Positions 1 to 9,549 of a stretch of DNA of 64,000 nucleotides are shown in pieces. The stretch covers positions 1-64,000 of the forward strand of contig JAVJSW010000007.1 in NCBI GenBank assembly GCA_040219255.1, in the 5' to 3' direction. Source of the DNA: Sumerlaeia bacterium. GTDB taxonomy: Bacteria; Sumerlaeota; Sumerlaeia; SLMS01; JAHLLQ01. The stretch's first letter is position 1. Each line of letters starts with the position of its first letter. The position numbers and the translations under genes are program-made. Under the pieces are notes generated by a model. It ran no database searches and was not told where the DNA came from. It worked only from the letters and a program-made list of their open reading frames with translations.

Positions 1-177
1 ACAGCAGTCAACATCCGCAAAAGACCAACGCGAGCGAAACGGTGGTTCCTCAGGCCAAGCGGGCTCAAGGCTCGTGGAGACGCTACGCCCTGCCACGGAC
101 GATGGCAAGGCCGCCGGGGACGTGGCTCAACTGACGCTTACCTCCAGTCTGTGTCTCCGCCAGAAAACGCCTCCGAT

Positions 178-201
178 CACGGGCGGGACGCCCGTGCTAC
201 C
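178..201 (-). repeat. GTAG-type REP palindrome (GGTAGCACGGGCGTCCCGCCCGTG on the minus strand)
   Basis: GTAG foot followed by a CACGGGC/GCCCGTG hairpin; related copies at 38797, 38918, 43901, 43942, 44063, 62321 and 62443. Confidence 0.75.
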
Positions 202-213
202 TTTAAACACCGA

Positions 214-250
214 GCCCCCGGACAGCTATGGGGGCTGGCCGGGGGCAAAG
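214..250 (-). terminator. Probable intrinsic terminator of the Gly-rich gene
   Basis: GCCCCCGG...CCGGGGGC stem about 20 nt after the stop at 270; weak U tail. Confidence 0.45.
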
Positions 251-269
251 ATTTGAATCCTCTGGAGTA

Positions 270-1423
270 CTAGATTCCTTCACACGGTGTGAGAATATCG
301 GCCAGATAGCTGTCAGTTGTGACCAAGTCGGTGCTACTCTCTGTGCTTGTGGAACCGCCAGTTCCATCGGCGTTGGGGTTGGTTTGCGAACCCCACGAAC
401 AGGCGCCGGTTGCACCATGCAAGTCCGGCGATTCACCACCAACTCCACCAGAACCTGCCGACGATGTGTTGGATACCGATAGTGAGGAATGCTGGGACAA
501 AACCACAGAATCTCCTCCATCGCCGCCAGCAGATGGATAAGCCGGTTCCCAATCATTTGTGCCATTATGGACATAGGGATAACCTTTGCCGCCTTGACCG
601 CCATTGCCCGCATTTATGCTGCTATTAGCATTTATTTGGCTAGCCAGATAGCCACCATAAGGAATCTCAGTGGGCATGGAGGTTGAGCAATTCGTGATTT
701 GCCGCACAATGAAAGCACCGTTGTACCCCCCGTCACCGCCATTTCCAGCATCGCTAGCTGAATCGGGATCGTCGACAGTGCCTTGAAGACCACCTCCCTC
801 GCAGACAAGGTCGATGCAGAAACCACCGTCACCTCCGGTTCCTCCTGTGCCTCCATTGTAGTTCACGACAAAGTTTGACCCTGTTTGGATCGAGTTGCAC
901 ATGAAAATAACCACACCGCCATTCCCGCCTCTTCCCCCATCGGCTCCTGTGTCGATCGCCGTACAACCATACCCTCTCGTGCCATAGCCGCCGATGCCGC
1001 CATCTCCGCCGTATATGTTTATTGTGACGTTGTTCTGGATCACAATGGAATTTGCCCGAAGGATGAAACGTCCCCCATCTGCGCCATCATCTCCCTTAGT
1101 TGGAGCAGTGTAGTAGCCCACACCTGCGTAAATTCCGTCGTCTCCGTTTCCTCCATCAGCCCCAAAGAAATAGTATGTACCCGACGACAAGGTAATCGTT
1201 CCAGTTGCATTGTATTCGTAGGTTCCGCCGTCATCGCCTGGATTGATTCCGTTGTGAGCGCCCACAATCGTGGGGGTAAGCGTAACGTTGCTGGATGAAT
1301 CCCAGATCGAATTGCAGTTCTGGTAACTACATTGGGCATAGCTTATGCTGGGGGGGGGGTGAATGTCCCCAAAGCAACCGTGGCAACCAAGGTCACGCCC
1401 CGGAAAAGGTTTGAGTCAGGCAT
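270..1423 (-). CDS. Secreted Gly-rich (GGxGGxGG) Cys-containing protein, frameshifted at a G10 tract
   Basis: SD GAGGAGG then ATG at 1423 gives MPDSNLFRGVTLVATVALGTFTPPP. With 10 C (coding strand) this frame stops at TAA. With 8 or 11 C it continues as SISYA|QCSYQNC... into ORF 270..1265, completing a signal peptide. Confidence 0.7.
1350..1359. repeat. G10 homopolymer inside the signal-peptide coding region
   Basis: gcttatgct-GGGGGGGGGG-tgaatg counted directly. Confidence 0.9.
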
Positions 1424-1486
1424 TGTGAGCCTCCTCTTTCTGTGAGTTCAACATTGACTTGCCGGAAGTGCCGCCAGATCGCAAGC

Positions 1487-1518
1487 AAAAAAAATGAGGC
1501 CACTTCTAAGTGGCCTCA
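1487..1518 (-). terminator. Rho-independent terminator of the pilin-like gene
   Basis: TGAGGCCACTT-AG-AAGTGGCCTCA stem followed by T8 on the minus strand, about 30 nt after the stop. Confidence 0.85.
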
Positions 1519-1546
1519 CAGCAAGATTGCGTAAGCTACGACGAAT

Positions 1547-2326
1547 TTAGTTTTGCTTACGGATCGCCTCGACGAGCGCCGAGCCAGCAGCGTACGGCGG
1601 GCTGCCAGTCGGGTTGGCCGCCGCAGAACCGCCCTCGCGGTAGATCGAACCGAAGGAAACCGTACCGTTCGTTGGGTCATAGATTAGGCCGGTGCAGGCA
1701 GCCACGGAGGCATCGTTGTCGGCGAAATCATTCGCGAGCACACCACCGAGGTTGTGATAGGTGCTATCGGGACCGGCGGAGTGAAGAAGCCACGCGGTGG
1801 ACTTTGTGGGCTTGTTTTCATCCGCGAAAGAATCGGCGAAATCCTGCACGGTGAAGCGCTGATCGCTGTTCCATGACTGGTAAACGTAAGTGTTGGTTTT
1901 GCCTATGACATCATCCTGCAAATCGACCTGAATAGGAGAGGCGGTTAAAATTCCTGCGGCCGTGCCGGCAGAAACGCGGAAGCTGACATTGAACGGATCG
2001 CGAATGATTGCGGAACTGAGGTAGGCGACAGGTGTGGAAAGCCGCTCAAGTGTGGGAAATTGAAGCGGTGAAGTCTGGGTGAGTTCGAATGCCAAACCCG
2101 CCGCTGAGCCAAAAGCGTTCGCGTTCGGATACGCGTTCCAATCCACGGCGTAGGACTCGAGGGCCGTGGCGATGGTGCGCATGTCGGCTTTGGTGCGGCT
2201 GACCTTCGAGCGGGTCTGGGCTTCGAGGAAGTTGGGCACGGCGATGGCCGCCAGGATGGCGATGATGGCGACCACGATCAGCAGTTCGATGAGGGTGAAG
2301 GCCTTGGCGCGGAAAATCTTGTTCAC
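1547..2326 (-). CDS. Prepilin-type N-terminal cleavage/methylation protein (type IV pilin/pseudopilin-like)
   Basis: KA|FTLIELLIVVAIIAILAAIAVPNF with E5; C-terminal SAGPD...YDPTNGTVSFG motif; GTG start at 2326 with GGAG SD. Confidence 0.9.
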   Translation of the reverse strand: MNKIFRAKAFTLIELLIVVAIIAILAAIAVPNFLEAQTRSKVSRTKADMRTIATALESYAVDWNAYPNANAFGSAAGLAFELTQTSPLQFPTLERLSTPVAYLSSAIIRDPFNVSFRVSAGTAAGILTASPIQVDLQDDVIGKTNTYVYQSWNSDQRFTVQDFADSFADENKPTKSTAWLLHSAGPDSTYHNLGGVLANDFADNDASVAACTGLIYDPTNGTVSFGSIYREGGSAAANPTGSPPYAAGSALVEAIRKQN

Positions 2327-2578
2327 GATGGTTCGTCTCCCGTTGTGTTTGGCGAGCGGAGCAGGCACTCGCGAAGTGTTGGTGTCTCTGGATTGAGCGG
2401 GCATTCCGGCGGCGGGGGAGCGAACCCCTTCGCCTTCAGAACACTCCTCTATGGTAAAGGATGGCCGGTTTGGCAAGGACGAAAAACTCTTGTTGTCCCA
2501 ACTAACGGTTTTCTCGCGAATGGAGCGCTCGAAAAAGCGCGCCGTTCGCCGGTCAAAGGATTTATCTTCCAGCCCCTG

Positions 2579-3505
2579 CTAATAATAGCGCGGCGCGGAA
2601 ACCGGCCGGCTGCCCAGCGAGACTGTCTTGCCCGCCTCGGCGCCGATCATCTCCGGGTCCAGCACCTTGATCTGCATCGTGCCCGAGTGCTCGCTCACGA
2701 TGCCCGCCGCTTCCCATTCCTGGCCCTTGATCGGCACCAGCCGCGCCGGCAATACGCCCGACACTTCCGACCAGTAAACGATCTCGATGGCGCCGGTGCG
2801 ATCTTCCAGCACCACCTTCGTCGGGATGCGCGGCGCGGGCGAGGGATGATACTCCTTCACCGTGCCCTTGACCCGCACCTTGCGGCCGATCGTGCCGATG
2901 TTCAGCATGCCGATGGACACCGGATAGTAAACGTCGCCCTCGAACTCGTCCGAATCCACGAAGGCCGAGCTGGGCACGGTGTTCTGATTCGGCGCGAGTT
3001 TCACGTGGTTCGGCCGCTTGACCTCGAGCTGGCGCTGGCCCTTGAATTCGCCCACTTCCCCGTACACGTACATGATCAGGCCGTCGCGGTACTGCTGCGG
3101 ATCGAGCACATGGTTATAGGTGTCCTGCCAGATGATGACCCGCATCACGCCGCTGCGGTCCTGCAGGTAATAGGAATAGGGCTGGCGCGAGCCCGGATCG
3201 GGGGCTTTCACGCTGAGGATCTTGCCCCAGCAGACGACCATCGATCCGGCGGGGACCTCCTGCACCTGGGCGAAGGGCGTCCAGCGCAGACGGGGGCGTT
3301 GTTCTTGCGCCTGAGCGGCGGAATTTTCTTCTGTTTTCCGCGTCTCCGCGGCGGAGCTGGCGGCGGCGCCGGTTGGCGCCTCTTGCGCCGGGGCGGCTGC
3401 CGCGAAGCCCAGCGCCACGGCCAGGCCGAATGCGAAGGCGAGCGGGCGCCAGAGCGCAGAGCGCGCGGCGCGCCGATTGGCGAGGTGTCCCAGGGATCGG
3501 ATCAT
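2579..3505 (-). CDS. Exported protein with two OB-fold (nucleic-acid-binding type) repeats
   Basis: Signal peptide ending AAAAPA|QE; two repeats of the pattern VxGxI...LxDxSG.I.IV.W...GxV.E..G..Q.++; SD GGAGGA before ATG 3505. Confidence 0.7.
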   Translation of the reverse strand: MIRSLGHLANRRAARSALWRPLAFAFGLAVALGFAAAAPAQEAPTGAAASSAAETRKTEENSAAQAQEQRPRLRWTPFAQVQEVPAGSMVVCWGKILSVKAPDPGSRQPYSYYLQDRSGVMRVIIWQDTYNHVLDPQQYRDGLIMYVYGEVGEFKGQRQLEVKRPNHVKLAPNQNTVPSSAFVDSDEFEGDVYYPVSIGMLNIGTIGRKVRVKGTVKEYHPSPAPRIPTKVVLEDRTGAIEIVYWSEVSGVLPARLVPIKGQEWEAAGIVSEHSGTMQIKVLDPEMIGAEAGKTVSLGSRPVSAPRYY

Positions 3506-3677
3506 GGCGGTATCCTCCAAGGCCGCCGTTCGTTCGGGGCGGCATCTGTGGACAGAATGGCGGCCGCGGGGGCGGCTTCGCGGACAAACCGGTTTTGGCA
3601 CGGCAAACGCCAAACGAAACCCGGTTCGCCAGGATACTGCGGATTCTTAAGGGGTTCTGGCAATTGATGAATTGATT

Positions 3678-3705
3678 AGAATGGTCTAAGTTTGCCGTGT
3701 GTCAA
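3678..3705 (-). promoter_or_regulatory. Putative sigma70 promoter for the OB-fold gene
   Basis: TTGACA-16 nt-CATTCT on the minus strand in an AT-rich intergenic region. Confidence 0.5.
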
Positions 3706-3955
3706 GGGATAATACCCCTGATTTCTCAGATCAGGGCCGAACTCGAAAAGCTTTTCATATTTCCACCGGTCCACCTCCTCGCCGTCTTATGACAGGCGAT
3801 TTCGCGCGCCGCCCGGGCGTCATTCCTAACCGCGAACTCATCCCCCGCTGACTCGCAAAGGGGTTGCAGCGGCGCGGGGCTTGGGAAGCAATGGAGCGTC
3901 CCCCGGGGCCCGTTCCTCGCGCCCCGGGGCACTTGCCTGGAGGCTCCGTTCGAAC

Positions 3956-5221
3956 GTGATTCTCATTCTCGCCCTCGCCCTCGCCGCCCATGTGGCTCTT
4001 TGGTTTGGCTTTCTGCTCTGGAAATTCAGGGTTCACACCGGCTCCACCCCGAGGCTGCCCCAGCCCAAGGCCCCGCCCGAGTCCCTGCCCCGCCTCGCCG
4101 CTTTCGTCCCGGCCCGCAACGAAGAAGCCGCCATCGAGGCCGCCGTCCGCAGTCTCCTCGATCAGGACTACCCGAACCTGACGGTGGTTGTGGCGAACGA
4201 TAACTCGACGGACCGCACCGGCGAAATCCTGGCGCGCATCGCCCGCGACTACCCGGCCGACCGCCTGACCGTGATCGAACCCCCGGAGCCGCCTCCGGGC
4301 TGGATGGGCAAGTGCCACGCCCTCTGGAACGCGGTCAAGGGCGCCCCCGCGGACGCCGAGCTGTTCCTGTTCTGCGACGCCGACGTCATCCACAACCCCC
4401 ACACGCTGCGCCGCGCCGTCGAACTGATGCGCGAGCGGGACGCCGGCATGGTGGCCCTCCTGCCCCGCCTGGATAACGTGAGCTTCTGGGAGCATGTCGT
4501 CATGCCCACCACGATGCATCTGGGCGGCGTGGCCCTGGACCCGCGCAAAGTCATGGACCCGGACGAACCGGACATCCTCGGCATCGGCGCCTTCAGTATC
4601 GTGAAGCGCTCGGTTTACGAGAGCTGGGGCGGCCACGAGGCCATCAAGGGCGAAGTCGTGGACGACGTCGCGATGGCCATGATGACCAAGGTCCATCGCG
4701 CGAAGCTCGTCCTGGCCCATGGCTGGGACGCGGTGCACCTGCGCATGTACGACGGCTTGAATTCGATCGTCCGGGGTTTCGAGAAAAACAGCCACATCAC
4801 CGTGGGCGGGGGCTTCGCGCGCGCGATTTATGTCTCGTTCGTGATTCAGTTCCTCCATTGGATCCCGCTTCTCGTCGCCATCATCGCCGCCGCCACGGGC
4901 CATTGGGGCATGGCGGGTGCGGGCGTGCTGGTGCATTTGGTCACGGGCCTGGAAGTGGTCCGCCGCATGCGCAAAGCCATGAAAGTCAATGCTCTCTATC
5001 TGATGTTGTTCCATCCGCTGGCGATGGTGGTGAACGCGGTGATCTTGATTCGCAGTTCCTATTACGGAAACGTCAAGGGCGTCGTGAACTGGCGCGGGCG
5101 CCAGCTCGCGAAGCCCCAGCAGCGCGTCCGGATGTTCGGCCGGCTGGAGAAAGTCCAGCACGTCGAAACCGCCCCCGACCCCGATTCGGCGACGCCGCCT
5201 CAGGAAGCGAAGGCGTCCTGA
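3956..5221 (+). CDS. Membrane glycosyltransferase family 2 (HpnB/CrtQ-like)
   Basis: VPARNEE, NDNSTDRT, GWMGKCHAL, CDADV and EVVDDV motifs; N-terminal and C-terminal TM helices; GGAGG upstream of GTG 3956. Confidence 0.85.
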   Translation: MILILALALAAHVALWFGFLLWKFRVHTGSTPRLPQPKAPPESLPRLAAFVPARNEEAAIEAAVRSLLDQDYPNLTVVVANDNSTDRTGEILARIARDYPADRLTVIEPPEPPPGWMGKCHALWNAVKGAPADAELFLFCDADVIHNPHTLRRAVELMRERDAGMVALLPRLDNVSFWEHVVMPTTMHLGGVALDPRKVMDPDEPDILGIGAFSIVKRSVYESWGGHEAIKGEVVDDVAMAMMTKVHRAKLVLAHGWDAVHLRMYDGLNSIVRGFEKNSHITVGGGFARAIYVSFVIQFLHWIPLLVAIIAAATGHWGMAGAGVLVHLVTGLEVVRRMRKAMKVNALYLMLFHPLAMVVNAVILIRSSYYGNVKGVVNWRGRQLAKPQQRVRMFGRLEKVQHVETAPDPDSATPPQEAKAS

Positions 5222-5247
5222 CCGGTCCTCCCTTTCCCCCGTCCCAG

Positions 5248-6231
5248 GCCCCGCTGCTGCGCCTCCTGCTTCGCGCCTACCCGGACCGCGTCACCGTTCG
5301 GCGGGAAGCCGATGCCTCGCGCGGCGTCATGGTGGGTGGGCGCGGGGTGGTGCTTGAACCGGGGAGCACCACGCGCCAGGGGCGGCTGTTTCTGTCGCTC
5401 GACCCGCGCGACCCGCCCGGCGGCGGGGGAGAAGCCCGCGTCGGCCTCGCCAGCGCCATCGATGAAGCGTGGCTCGCCGAGGACTTCCCCCACCTCTGGC
5501 GCGAAGCCTTCGTCTCGGTCTTCGATCCCGACCGCGACCGTGTCGTGACGTCGAAGCAGACGACCTTCGCCGGGCTCGTCATCCGCGAAGGGATCGCCGG
5601 CCCGCAGGCCGACCCGCAGGGCGCGTCGCGGGCGCTGGCGGAGTACCTGCGGCCCCGCGCCGAAGCGTTTTTTCGCGAGGACAAAGGCGCCAGCGCCCTG
5701 ATCTCCCGCGTCCGTTTCCTCGCGCGGGCCATGCCCGACGCGGGCGTTCCGGCCTTGGACGCGGAGGCTTTGGGCGATTCGCTGGCCGCCGCCTGCGAGG
5801 GCTCCACGACCCTCCCACAGGTGCGCGCCAAAGGCCTGAAGAATCTCCTCCTCGGCGCCTTCCAGTGGCCCGCCCGCCAAGCCCTCGAAACCCACGCGCC
5901 GGAAGCCCTCGAAGTCCCCAGCGGCAACCGCATCCGCCTTGAGTATCCGGAGGACGGCGAGGGCCCGCCGGTGCTCGCCGTGCGCTTGCAGGAGCTGTTC
6001 GGCCTGACCGAAACGCCCCGCGTGGCTGGCGGGCGGGTGCCGGTGCGACTCCATCTGCTGGCCCCCAACTATCGCCCCACCCAGATTACCGACGATCTGG
6101 CCAGCTTCTGGGCGAATACCTACGCCGAGGTTCGTAAGGAATTGCGGGCCCGTTATCCAAAGCACCCCTGGCCGGACGATCCGCTGACGGCGCCGCCCAA
6201 GTCGGTGGGCGGACGCGGAAGACACTCGTAA
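5248..6231 (+). pseudogene. hrpB: C-terminal fragment of ATP-dependent helicase HrpB
   Basis: AYPDRV, VPSGNRIRLEY, PVLAVRLQELFG and TDDLASFWANTYAEVRKELRARYPKHPWP are present; the helicase core, a start codon and an SD are absent. Confidence 0.75.
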
Positions 6232-6649
6232 GCCGCGACGAACGATAGAAACTTGCCAACGCTTGCCGTCACGCGAAAGGGGCCCCCCGCGCAGCCAAGG
6301 CGAGTTCTTGGCGGGGGACGGATGCAACTATTTGCCCTCTGGATTTTGACGGCAAGTAGTATAAAAGGGTTACTCCCGGAGTATTACAACAAGAGTTGTT
6401 TCCCAACTTTCGTTGTTGCACCGCTCAAAAACCCCGTCGTTCAGCGCCTCACAGCGCACCGAGGCAACGTTCACAACCATGGTTGTTTGGATTGCATGTC
6501 GCCATGTTTTTCTCAAAATCTCTCGAAACCGTTGACGAGTGGGGAATTTCCGGCTTTTTTGCCCGCATGGCCGATGCATTGCATCCTAACGGTTCCACAA
6601 TCAGCCCTCGTTCAACCCGGCATTCCTACTTTCGGAGCCCATTCCACCG

Positions 6650-7678
6650 ATGACCTCTTCCTCCTCTCAATCTTCCAAGGCGATCGCCGCCGCCGCTGTG
6701 GCCGTGCTCGTTCTGGGTGGCGGCGCTGCGTTTCTGCTGACCCGCGGAGGCGAAGACGAAAGCGGTGGGACGGCGCGTCAGTCGGCCCAAGAAGCCGGCC
6801 GGTCCCAATCCGCCAAGCCTCAAGCCGCGGATGCGGCGCAGGTCCTGACGGGTCCGGAAGAGATCGCCGTGGCGGAGCTGCGAAGCCTGCCCCGGGAAAT
6901 CGAAATCGAATCGAAGGCCAAAACCTCGACCTTGCGCGAACCCAACCTGAAGAAGGGCAACCTTCGGCTGGCGGACGTTCGCGAACTCATCGCCAAGGAC
7001 GAGTTGGGCGGTTTCCTCGCCCCCCGCATTTCCCCCGACGGGCTTCAGGTGATGCTGACCCGCGCGGGCTATCAGGGAATCTACGTGATGCCCATCGGCG
7101 GCGGAGAGCCGGCGCTGGTGGCCATGGAGGACGCCTGGAACGCGCGGTGGACCGAGGACGGGCGGATCGCGGTGAAAAACGCCGACGGGACAGAACGTCT
7201 CTATGCGGCGGACGGCACCCTGGAGGGTGTCCGTGAAGCGGAGGACAATCAGATCGCGTTTGGCGAAGACGATCAAATCTATGTGCGCGGTGAAGGGGGC
7301 GAGTCAGTCCCTCTGACCGGCAACGACGACCGTTACATCAACCCTGTGGTCTCCGGCGATGGCAGCCGGGTGGCCTATCTTGGTCTGTACAGCGGTCTCT
7401 ATGTGGCCCCGGCGGACGGCTCTGGCGAGCCCCTCTTCCTGGGCACGGGAACCAACCCCACCTTTCTGGCGGATGGCAGCCTCGTTTACGATGTGACCGA
7501 AGACGACGGTCATCACCTGACGCAAGGCGACATCTATCACGTGAGCGGCGACCTGACGGAGGTGAGCAACCTCACCGAAGGCGACGATCACGTGAGTCAA
7601 GTTCCTCATGTGGGCCCGGACGGCGAAACGCTGGTCTATGAGTCCGACGGGAGCATCTACATCGGTAGGATTCAATGA
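6650..7678 (+). CDS. Membrane-anchored TolB/PD40-like beta-propeller protein
   Basis: N-terminal hydrophobic anchor; repeats PRISPDG, ARWTEDG, PVVSGDG, PTFLADG and PHVGPDG. Confidence 0.8.
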   Translation: MTSSSSQSSKAIAAAAVAVLVLGGGAAFLLTRGGEDESGGTARQSAQEAGRSQSAKPQAADAAQVLTGPEEIAVAELRSLPREIEIESKAKTSTLREPNLKKGNLRLADVRELIAKDELGGFLAPRISPDGLQVMLTRAGYQGIYVMPIGGGEPALVAMEDAWNARWTEDGRIAVKNADGTERLYAADGTLEGVREAEDNQIAFGEDDQIYVRGEGGESVPLTGNDDRYINPVVSGDGSRVAYLGLYSGLYVAPADGSGEPLFLGTGTNPTFLADGSLVYDVTEDDGHHLTQGDIYHVSGDLTEVSNLTEGDDHVSQVPHVGPDGETLVYESDGSIYIGRIQ

Positions 7679-7770
7679 GGGGCCAACGCCCCATTGATCA
7701 TACAGAGCGGGTGCAGTCTGCAAGTCGGCCCCTCAAGTCCAACAATTATCCTCGAAGGGAACCTCCCACC

Positions 7771-8856
7771 ATGAACCTTCTCCAATCTTTCTCACGCTTC
7801 GGTGCCGTCAGCGCCATCGCCCTCGCCCTCGGGTTGAGCGCCAACAGCGCGGACGCCCAGACGAAAATCTACATCGACCCCGGCCACGGCGGCTCGGACC
7901 CGGGCGCTGTCAATGGCACCTACGGCACGGAAGAAGCCGACCGCGTTCTCTACACCAGCCTGGAAACCCGCGACTGGCTTAACGCCGACACCGCCGACGG
8001 CGCCGGCGGCGGCTCCTGGACCGTTCGTCTCTCCCGTACGACCGACGTCTCTGTCGGCCTTTCCGCCCGCTCGACGGACTCGAACAATTGGGGCTCGGCC
8101 CGCTTCCTTTCCATCCACCAGAACGCCAACGCCGGCACCCCCGCCACCGGCACCGAGACCTTCTCCTACAGCAGCACCGGCACGGGCGCGACCCTTCGCA
8201 ACAACGTCCAGAACGAGGGCATCGCGGCCTGGGGTCTCACGAACCGTGGCAACAAAGTCGCCAATTTCTCGGTCCTCCGTCTCACCAGCGCTCCGGCTGC
8301 GCTGACCGAAATGGGCTTCATCAACAACACGTCGGTCGATTGGACTTACCTGTCCTCGAATACCCAGTGCGACAAGTGGGCGAAGCACATGATGTTCGCC
8401 TTCCAGAACCACTACGGCATCAGCGACTACACGCCGGGCGCCACCGCCGTGGAAGTCATCGTCGATAACGACACCAGCGCGTTCATCAAGTCCAGCAACT
8501 GGTGGGCATCCAGTTCCACCTCCGGCTACTACGGCAGCAACTACCGCGTCCGCAGCACCGGCTCCGTGTCCGACTCGGCGATCTGGAAGGGCACCATCCC
8601 CAGCGACGGCTCCTACAAGGTCTACGCCCGCTGGACCTCTGGCTCCAACCGCGCTTCCTCCGCACCGTATATCGTTTACCACACCGGTGGCAGCAGCACC
8701 GTGAACGTCAATCAGCAGGCCAACAACGGCACCTGGGTCCTCCTTGGCACTTACAACCTGTATCAGGGTTCGACCGCCAACCGCGTGGCTCTGTCCTGCT
8801 GGACCTCCTCGGGAACTTACGTCATCGCCGACGCGGTGCGGTTCGTGAAGCAGTAA
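7771..8856 (+). CDS. Secreted N-acetylmuramoyl-L-alanine amidase (Amidase_3) with C-terminal golvesin/Xly-like domain, copy 1
   Basis: Signal peptide ...SADA|Q; IDPGHGGSDPGA..E, SIHQNA and TEMGFI motifs; C-domain VIVDN...YxVYARW...VIADAVRF. Confidence 0.88.
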   Translation: MNLLQSFSRFGAVSAIALALGLSANSADAQTKIYIDPGHGGSDPGAVNGTYGTEEADRVLYTSLETRDWLNADTADGAGGGSWTVRLSRTTDVSVGLSARSTDSNNWGSARFLSIHQNANAGTPATGTETFSYSSTGTGATLRNNVQNEGIAAWGLTNRGNKVANFSVLRLTSAPAALTEMGFINNTSVDWTYLSSNTQCDKWAKHMMFAFQNHYGISDYTPGATAVEVIVDNDTSAFIKSSNWWASSSTSGYYGSNYRVRSTGSVSDSAIWKGTIPSDGSYKVYARWTSGSNRASSAPYIVYHTGGSSTVNVNQQANNGTWVLLGTYNLYQGSTANRVALSCWTSSGTYVIADAVRFVKQ

Positions 8857-8902
8857 CAAGCCGGCAGCGCTGTCAGGCGTACCAATTTCCCACCAGCCTC
8901 CA

Positions 8903-8946
8903 CGAAGGGCCCGTCGCGATCTCGCTGGCGGGCCCTTCGGCTTTTT
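8903..8946 (+). terminator. Intrinsic terminator after amidase copy 1
   Basis: CGAAGGGCCCG...CGGGCCCTTCG stem followed by T5. Confidence 0.8.
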
Positions 8947-9549
8947 ACGGGGGGGGGGGTCAAAGCTGAGGCAGCCGAAGCAGCTGCGCGTTGCATCCTT
9001 GCGGAGGCCTTTTGCAATACACTCCTCATCGGGAGAAACGGGTACAATTTTTCTTGTAATGGGCCTCGCTGGTTGTAATTCCCCGTCTGACGCCAGCCCG
9101 TAAAGCCATGCGTCTCAGAGGAAGAGGGGGACGCAGAGCTAACGCAAGTATTTGCATTGTTTTTCTGGACAAATTCCAAAAATGCGATACGCTGAGTAAT
9201 AGAATGGAAAGTCGCTGGGCTCATGCTTTGCGAGCGGGGGCGCCAACTTTGGTTGTACCTATTCCACAGGGGTGGCCGCAGCCAATGGACGGTCTATTTC
9301 GTTGTGGTTCTTGGAATTGGGGATTTGAGTAGGAATTGGTGCAGACCGTGCTCTAAGGACTTTTTGCGAAATCGCGCATCCCAACTCTCCCAGCCACCCG
9401 CCTTCGTCCTTCAAGCACCTGAAATCCCGCAGCTTGAAAGAAAAGCCGGTCCTCACACCGTTTGTTGGAGGGGAGATTGGGAAACGCGAATCGGAAATCC
9501 GGTGAGGCCCACTTCCTTGCCACACACCTCCTCAGGATTCTCCCCCCTC

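Noticed and set aside
3596-3612. Possible sigma54 promoter TGGCAC-N5
   Set aside because: The -12 element reads ACGC rather than TTGC.
8949-8959. G11 tract as a phase-variable promoter element
   Set aside because: It lies immediately after a terminator and about 600 bp from the next start, with no flanking -35/-10 pair seen.
8960-9549. c-di-AMP (ydaO) riboswitch or a small gene upstream of amidase copy 2
   Set aside because: No GCTGAATCC, GGGGAACC or GTCAGCTAAC-type blocks; the short ORFs have atypical codons and no SD.
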